The position numbers and the translations under genes were made by a program. 57,427 bases of DNA, from NCBI RefSeq assembly GCF_004010195.1, contig NW_025215378.1, forward strand, positions 113,094 through 170,520. The letters run 5' to 3'. This stretch comes from Chiloscyllium plagiosum. Lineage: Eukaryota. Under the pieces are notes generated by a model. The model had not been told where the DNA came from. It did no database searches and worked only from the letters and a program-made list of their open reading frames with translations. The stretch's first letter is position 1, and each line of letters opens with the position of its first letter. This document shows, piece by piece, positions 50,470 through 57,427 of this stretch.

Positions 50470-50725
50470 GTTTATTCAGGGGATGGGCATTGCTGGCTAG
50501 GCAAGCATTTATTACCCATCCCTAATTGCCCTGAGAGCAGCTAAGAATCAACCACATTCTGTTGGGTCTGGAGTTACTTGTAGACCGTGAAAGATTTATA
50601 ACCTTCTTCCCTGAAGGACATTATTAGGGATAATGAGATTTTCTGACAGAATCTGAATGCAGGTTCTAGGATGTTATCTCTGGATAAATAGTGTGATGAT
50701 AATACCACTGGGCTATTAGCCCACC
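50470..50725 (-). mobile_element. SINE family 2
   Basis: gctggctaggcaagcatttattacccatccctaattgccc...gggtctggagt. Confidence 0.65.
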
Positions 50726-51329
50726 CCATGGAATAAGTGGATTTTAACTGGTTGAGGTGAAATTCAAAGGTTAAAGGTCAGAAATGGGTGCAGTGGTGCT
50801 CCCAAAGCGAGCAGAAGTTGGAAGAGTGTGCAGTTGGCAAACAAGCAATTATCAGGATTAGTCGCTTGGATTGTGTCTGTACAAACAGCGTGTTAAACAT
50901 AGTCCTGAACTTCACAGCTGTTAGCAATTTCCATGGGTTTAGAGAGAGAGCCACTTAGCTGCAAGCAGCTGACAGAACAGCAGAGGCAAGGGAGCCAACA
51001 AGTGCACAAAGAACGCAGTTACATTAATATAGCACCTTTCCTGACCTCAGGATATCCCAAAGAACTTCACGACCAGTGAAGTTCAGGAATTGTAGGAAAC
51101 CTGCAGCCAGATTTTTGCTCAGAAAGATCCCACAAACAGTAATGCAATGTTACGCAGAGCACTGGTTTAAGCGGTTTTTTTTCATTGAGGGATAAATGCT
51201 GGCATTCCCTGATCCAAAAGCCTATTCCCCGCGTTGATCACTCCATGTTAGCCCTGAACCTACTTACAGCCAGATCATAATGATGTCTTCTTCACTGTCC
51301 AATCGTGTTTTATTTAAGGATGGGCAGTA

Positions 51330-51893
51330 CATAGAACATAGAAGAGAACTCACAGCTCGCTGAGTAAAGGATCTACCCCGAACATCTGTCCTATACCTAC
51401 CACCCCTTAATTTAAAGCTATGCCCCCTCGTAATAGCTGACTCCATACGTGGAAAAAGGTTCTCATGATCAACCCTATCTAAACCCCTAATCATCTTGTA
51501 CACCTCTATCAAATCACCCCCAAACCTTCTTTTCTCCAATGAACACAGCCCCAAGTGCCTCAGCCTTTCCTCATACGATCTTCCTTCCATACCAGGCAAC
51601 ATCCTAATAAACCTCCTCTGCACCCGTTCCAGTGCCTCCACATCCTTCCTATAGTATGGCGACCAAAACTGCACTCAATACTTCAGATGTGGCCGCACCA
51701 GAGTCTTATACAACTGCAACATGACCTCAGGACTCAGGAACTCAATTCCTCTACCAATAAAAGCCAGTACGCCATATGCCTGCTTCACCGCACTATTTAC
51801 CTGGGTTGCAACTTTCAGAGATCTGTGTACATGGACACCAAGATCCCTCTGCTCATCCACACTACCAAGTATCCAACCATTAGCCCAGTACAT
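51330..51893 (-). mobile_element. CR1-like LINE 3' fragment
   Basis: EQRDLGVHVHRSLK...QFWSPYYRKDVEALERVQRRF. Confidence 0.95.
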
Positions 51894-51899
51894 GTAAGG

Positions 51900-52245
51900 A
51901 GAGACAGTGGCCTCATGGGATTATTGCTGGACTGTTAATCCAGAGACTCAGATAACATTTTGGGGACCTGGGTTCAAATCCCACCATGGCAGATCGTGGA
52001 ATTTTAATTCAATAAATATTTGGAATTAAGAATCTAATGATGACTGTTATTCCATTGTTGGAAAAACCCATCTGGTTCACTCATGCCCTTTCGGGAAGGA
52101 AACTGCCATCCTTACCTGGTCTGGCCTACATGTGACTCCAGACCCACAGCAATATGGTTGGCTCTTAGCTGCCCTCTGGGCAATTAGGGATGGGCAGTAA
52201 ATGCTGGCCTGGCCAGTGATGTCCCCATCCCATGAATGGATAAAG
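51900..52245 (+). mobile_element. tRNA-derived SINE family 2, near full length
   Basis: A-box-like tggcctcatgg and B box ggttcaaatcc. Tail gggcaattagggatgggcagtaaatgctgg matches the LINE tail at 14820-14880. Confidence 0.75.
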
Positions 52246-52269
52246 AAACAAAAGATATTATTCAGTGTC

Positions 52270-52870
52270 AAAGAGTGTCCCTTGGAGAGGTGTTCAAAAT
52301 CATGAGCAGCTTTTGTCAGAATGGATGGAGTTGGAGAAAGGATCCATTACAAGGGGGCACAGCTTTAAGGTAATGGCCAACCGAAACAATGCTGACTCAG
52401 GGAGAGTCCTGCTCTGACGCAGTGTCAAGGCCAGGGAGAGGGTGGCCTGTGAGTGCGCTGGAGGCAGCTTCGGTCGAGGGATTCAAAAATCCTTTTTTAA
52501 CACAGAGGGTGGTACACATATGGAATGAGCTGCCAGTGGAAGTGGTCGAGGTGGGTACATTAGCAGCATTTAAAAGGCATTTGGACAAATAGAAGAATCA
52601 TTGAATCCCTACAGTGTGGACACAGGGATAGGAAAGGTTTAGAAGGGTATGAGCCAAGTGCAGGGAAATGAGGTTACTGTGGATGGACATTATGGTCAGC
52701 ATGGATCAGTTTGGGCTGAAGGGCCTGTCTCTGTGCTGTAGGACTCTGACTCTGGGGGATTTTACTTGAGGGAAGATTGTGCAGAGTGAAAGGAGAGCAT
52801 GAAGTGAATTGTTCTTTCAGAGGGCCAGCACGGGCACAGTGGGCTGACTGGCCTCTTTCTGTGCTGTAAT
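52270..52870 (+). mobile_element. Nested CR1-like 3' fragments
   Basis: FLTQRVVHIWNELPVEVVEVG...FKRHLDK and two CR1-type tails. Confidence 0.7.
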
Positions 52871-53027
52871 CCTTTAGTGTCTCTGAGATTAGAGGGAGAG
52901 AAATACGAAGACAATCAGAGGTCTGTATGGACAAGACTGAGGTGTTCCATTTTTAGACTTCAGAACGATAACACACAATCATTTCTCAATCTCTTTTTCA
53001 AATTCATTCAGGGGAATGAATGAAGTT

Positions 53028-53142
53028 GCAAAAGCACAAGTCAGGCAGCATCCGAGGAGCAGGAATAGCCAAAACAGCCCAAAATGTTGACTGTCCTGCT
53101 CCTTGGATGCTGTCTGACCTGCTGTGCTTTTCCAGCTCCACG
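53028..53142. mobile_element. Short fold-back PLE-derived element (family A)
   Basis: gtcaggcagcatccgaggagcagga pairs with tcctgctccttggatgctgtctgac. Confidence 0.75.
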
Positions 53143-53334
53143 TCTAATGATTAATGAGATGCAATGCTAAGCAAATGATACTCAGTTGTAAGGCCGTGAT
53201 GGCGTTCAATTTTACCACAAATATCCCATCGTGGCATTGCAATGATGTAGCACGGGTCCTTTCAAGGGTTTAAACATATCGACCAGCTCACTCTTTGATC
53301 TTCACTGCAATACTATTCTAGAGCTAATACTCTT

Positions 53335-53960
53335 CTGATGGGCTCTCTACATGGGTGTCCTCCACCTTTCTCTCAGTGATCTGGAGGGTGCTGCACGCAG
53401 CAGTCCCCTGCAACCGCAGATTGCGGTGGTTCACAGACTCCCAGCCCAACTGCTTGTTGTGTGGCGCTGTGGGGTCCGTGGACCACGTATATATTGGGTG
53501 TGGGCGTTTGCACTCCCTTCTTGATTTTCTTAAAAACCTCCTCTGCTTTCGGCTGCACTTCAGTCCCACGCTCCTGATCTTCTGGAACCCGATATGGATG
53601 GAGGGAGGGCCGGTCTAAAGACCTCCTTGTGGGTCTGCTCCTGGGCCTGGCCAAACTGGCCATTAACAGGTCCAGGCAGCGGGCCGTGGAGGGGGTCGTT
53701 AGGGTCGACTGCCTGCCCCTCTTCCGCGGTTACGTTAGAGCCGGGTGTCCTTGGAGAAGGAGCACGCGGTGTCCACCAACACCCTGGAGATGTTCAGGGA
53801 GAGGTGGGCGCCGCGGGGAGTGGAGTGCATCATTTCTCCCTCCAACTCTATTTTGATTTAGTCCCTACCCTCCCCTTCACTGTGTTGATCCCGCAGCACT
53901 GTCCTTTGATGTGAAGGGCAGTGCTTGTCACTGGCCACTCGGGTGTTTGCCTATCTTGAG
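53335..53960 (+). mobile_element. L1-Tx1 LINE 3' end (zf-RVT region and 3'UTR)
   Basis: WRVLHAAVPCN...CLLCGAVGSVDHVYIGC; LLGLAKLAINRSR; stop at 53859-53861. Confidence 0.85.
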
Positions 53961-56900
53961 AGTTGGATCAGTGTGAGAGTGTGTGCACACGTGCAAGGAC
54001 TCTCCTCCTTGAAGGGGACTGTCCCTGGATTAGCTATCCTGCTTCGAGAGAGAGGAAGGAAAGAAGGAAGAAGAGGAGGAGGCAGAAGCAGAAGGTGAGA
54101 GATTTTGAGTCTGGGGCCTACTTTTGGAGTTGCAGCCTGGGCCTCACCCAGGTCAAGGGAGTGTTGCTGCTGACCTGGGGACCCACTCCCACTGCTGGTC
54201 TCTGGGACACCGCCCAGACCTGCCTCAGCTGTTGCTGCTTGGGGCCTGCTTCAGGACCCCTCCCAGGACCTCCGCCACTGCTGTTGTTAGAGGCCCACCT
54301 CCACTGCTGCTGCCTGGGACTCAATTTTGGGCCTGCCTAGGACTTGCCAGAGGCCTGCCTCCACTGCTGCTGTTGTCTGAGGCCTGCCTCCGCCACCACT
54401 GCCTGGGACTCGCCTTGGGGCCCCTCCCCACAACCTCCACCACTACTGCTGCCTGGGACTTAATTTTGGGGCTGCCTGGGACTTTCCTTGGGAACCCTCC
54501 CCAACAGGTCTGCCCCCTCACCGCTGCGACCAAGGGCCTGCCTAGGACTTGCCTGAGGCCTGCCTCCTCCACCGCTGCCTGGGACTCACCTTGTCCTCTC
54601 CCCAGGACCTCCCCACAAGGGCACGGCCTACCGCGCCTTCTGGACAGCGGATGGCATGCGGTGCCACCTGTGCCGCGAGGTGGGGCACATAAGGAAAAAC
54701 TGCCCCACCCAAAAGGCTGCCCAGCCCGTGCCAATGGCTGATGGTGGTGCCGCCACACCCACTCCCCCTCCTCCGAAGTCAACACCACCAGCCCCGGCAC
54801 CGGAGGCTTCCAATGCTTCAGCCTCTGGCAGGGAGGGGGGTGAGCGTCCGGCCGGCCAGAAGGCGCTGAAGAAGACGCGACGCATCAGGCCCGCCCACGG
54901 GGAGACCACCCTATCCCCTTCCCCGACACCTAGCCCACGACCTGCCCCGTCCCGGCACGACAATGCTCCTGCGGCCATGCCAGCGTCGCCCCGGCGTGGG
55001 AACCCTGACTCCCAAACCTGTACCTGATCCTGGTCCCACTGACCCCACATCCATTCCCCACCCCGATAGAGAAACCCCTGGGGCTTCAATGCCTGCCCCT
55101 GGCGTTGTAACACCTGGCCCGACGGCGCCCGAGCCCCGCCCCACCCAGCCACACCCTGGCACTAACCTGAGGGGAACCACTGCTGCCCTACCTCCTGCAG
55201 CGACCGTGTCTCTGGGCCCCGGAGAGGGAACTGGGCCCCTGCCCCACCCACCCTCAGCTGATAAACTGGGGGCGGGGCAGGAAGTGACACGGCTGACCCT
55301 CCCCACCCTGGCCACGTCCCCTGTCTTCCCCCATCCAATCGTATTCCGGGAAAGGCTGGGGGGAGGGACCTCGGGCCCCATGACCACCAAGGCTGGCGGG
55401 GAGGGGAAGGCCCATAAATTCCCCCTGTCCGCCTGGGGAAGAGGCACTGGCCGAGGGGTGGGGTGATCCGTCCCCATCCCCTGGGGAGGATGACGACTAT
55501 GGAGGACCCTCTGCTGGGTCGTCGCGCGGCGGAGGGGAGGAAGGTCTCATCCTCGCTCCTCCCTCCCAGACTGTTTTTCTGGGGGATGACCTTTTCCTCG
55601 AGGAGCCAGGCGTCCCGGTGTCGGGAGAGGAATGGGGCCCTGAGCCTCCGCCACCCGACGACCCAAACTCAGGGTGTTCTGGGAAGGGGTGTGTCGAGGA
55701 AGGTACCACCGGTGACCCTGAGGGTGGGGTCGCTGGCGGTTTGAGGCCGGTTGGCGGTGCCGGACCAGCCCCCATCCTCTTGGGGGGTCGGTGACCGAGG
55801 GTGACCTCCTGGAGGAGGGTTCGGGATCAGTGGCGGACACTGGGGATGACGCGGACTCTGTCTGCAGTGACATTTTTGAGTCCCAGGTGCCCCCCACTGA
55901 TCTCCCCCTCATCCCCCTCGAGGAACTCTGGGAATTTGTCGAGGAAACTCAGAGTCACCGGGATAGAGCCCAACTGGTGCTCAACTGCTGGAGCTCCTTT
56001 GAGAGAGTTTACTGGTCGGCCCACGCTGCTCGCCAGGCGCCTGGGCTCGATGTCAATGAGCGAAAGCGAGTCAGGAACTTCCTGGGAATGCTCCTGGTGA
56101 GGGTGAGGGACTTCTGTGCCCCTCCCCTGTCCTCCCTGTAAATGTGTATATAGGTTTGTTAATTGTACTGGTGGTGGTTGCACAAAGCTTCTGACATGGA
56201 GACAACTATAGCCAGCCTCAACATCAACGGCAGCAGGGAGTCGCAGCGCAGATTCCAGACCCCCTCAGTCCTCTGGGATGGGAGGTATGCAGTGTGCTTA
56301 CTGCAAGAAACCCACACTACCCTGGGAGATGAAGCCACCTGGCTCCTGGAGTGGCGAGGGGGGGTCTACATGAGTCACCTCACCCGCAGATCTGGCGGGG
56401 TGGTTATCCTGTTGGCCCTGCACTTTCAGCCGGAGATCTTGGGGGTCAGGGAGTCCGTGCCAGGCCGTTTGCTTCACCTGACGGTTCGGCTGGGGGGCGC
56501 GGTGCTTCACTTGGTGAACGTCTACGCCCCCCTGGCCGGGCCGAGGTAAGCGAGCTTCTTCGAAGAAGTGTCCGCTCATCTCCCTTCCATCGACGAGAAC
56601 CAGTGCGTCGTCCTCGGGGGAGATTTTAACTGCGTCCTCGAGGGTAGGGACCACGGCGGTGCCCGCACTGGTTGTGCGTCGGGGAAGAGGTTGGGGGACT
56701 TGGTCAAGTCCTTTGACCTGGTGGACGTCTGGCGAAATCTCCATCCCGACTCCATCGCCTTCACCTTCGTGAGGCCTGGGGTCGGAGCGTCCAGAATCGA
56801 CCGCCTGTACGTTTCGTGGGCGTACGCCTCCTGTTTTCCGAAGGCCTCCACGCGGCAGGTGTCGTGCACGGACCATCACCTGGTGTGGGCGGAACTCCTT

Positions 56901-57427
56901 CCGTTCGGCGCCAGGCTCGGCTCCACGTACTGGCACTTTAACAACCTGCTGCTGGAGGACGAGCGGTTCCGGGACTTGTTTCGTCGTTTCTGGGCCGGCT
57001 GGAGAAGAAAGCAGGGAAGCTTCCCCTCCCTGAGGCTATGGTGGGACGTGGGCAAGGCTCACGTCCGCGTATTCTGTCAGGACGTGACAGGGGGTCGACG
57101 AAGAGGCGGAAATCCAGGATCGGGGAGTTGGAGAGGGAGATGCTCGACCTGGAGTCACGCCTCGGTCCGCCCGACGCGGACCCGGCCCTGCGCGGGGCGT
57201 ACGAAGAGAAGAAGGCCGCGCTCCGGGACCTGCAGCTCGTCGGGGCTCGGGGCGCGTACGTGAGGTCGCGGATCCAGCTCCTCCAGGACCTGGACCGCGG
57301 CTCCCCCCTCTTATACAGCGGTAGACGTCCGGTACGTGGCCACCGCCATCCGACGCCTTAAAACGGCGGTGCTCGGACCCGACGTAGTGCACCAGTTGGA
57401 GGACGCTCAGGTGTGCGGTGGGATCCT
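53960..57427 (+). mobile_element. L1-Tx1 LINE 5' part: repetitive leader, ORF1 remnant, ORF2 start (runs off window)
   Basis: CCHC knuckle CHLCREVGHIRKNC at about 54660-54705, Pro-rich ORF1 tail ending about 56141, ORF2 from ATG 56196. Confidence 0.9.
56196..57320 (+). pseudogene. Tx1 ORF2 apurinic-like endonuclease plus linker (stop at 56547, frameshift about 57085)
   Basis: IASLNING...LLQETH...SGGV...LVNVYAP...VLGGDFNC...SRIDRLY...TDHHLV...WHFNNLLL. Confidence 0.95.

Overview
This is eukaryotic, repeat-saturated DNA with no host protein-coding exon I can support. The repeat set (HE1-type tRNA SINEs, many CR1/HER1-like LINE fragments, Rex1/Babar, L1-Tx1 LINEs, Penelope-like elements) points to a cartilaginous fish, probably a shark (inference). 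The long ORFs in the track are TE remnants, microsatellites or run through N-gaps. The most interesting signal is a set of four short Penelope-like (PLE) element families. Each carries a minimal type-I hammerhead-ribozyme motif (stem I-CUGANGA-A-stem II-GAA-palindromic ACGU/AGCU-H-stem I) whose stems covary between families. Most copies are fold-back hairpins of about 120-300 bp, and seven insertions have 10-14 bp target-site duplications (TSDs). Their inversion points cluster at the ribozyme. One copy is physically linked to a GIY-YIG endonuclease remnant, and another encloses a CR1 5'UTR/ORF1 fragment. Also present: a TSD-flanked Tx1 LINE interrupted between gaps by a 1.4-kb GTT/GCT array (probably mis-scaffolded), a head-to-tail Tx1 pair, a probable solo LTR, and a 35-bp minisatellite that appears derived from the PLE tail. 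Repeat-family names come from motif recognition, not database searches, and boundaries are approximate unless a TSD is given.
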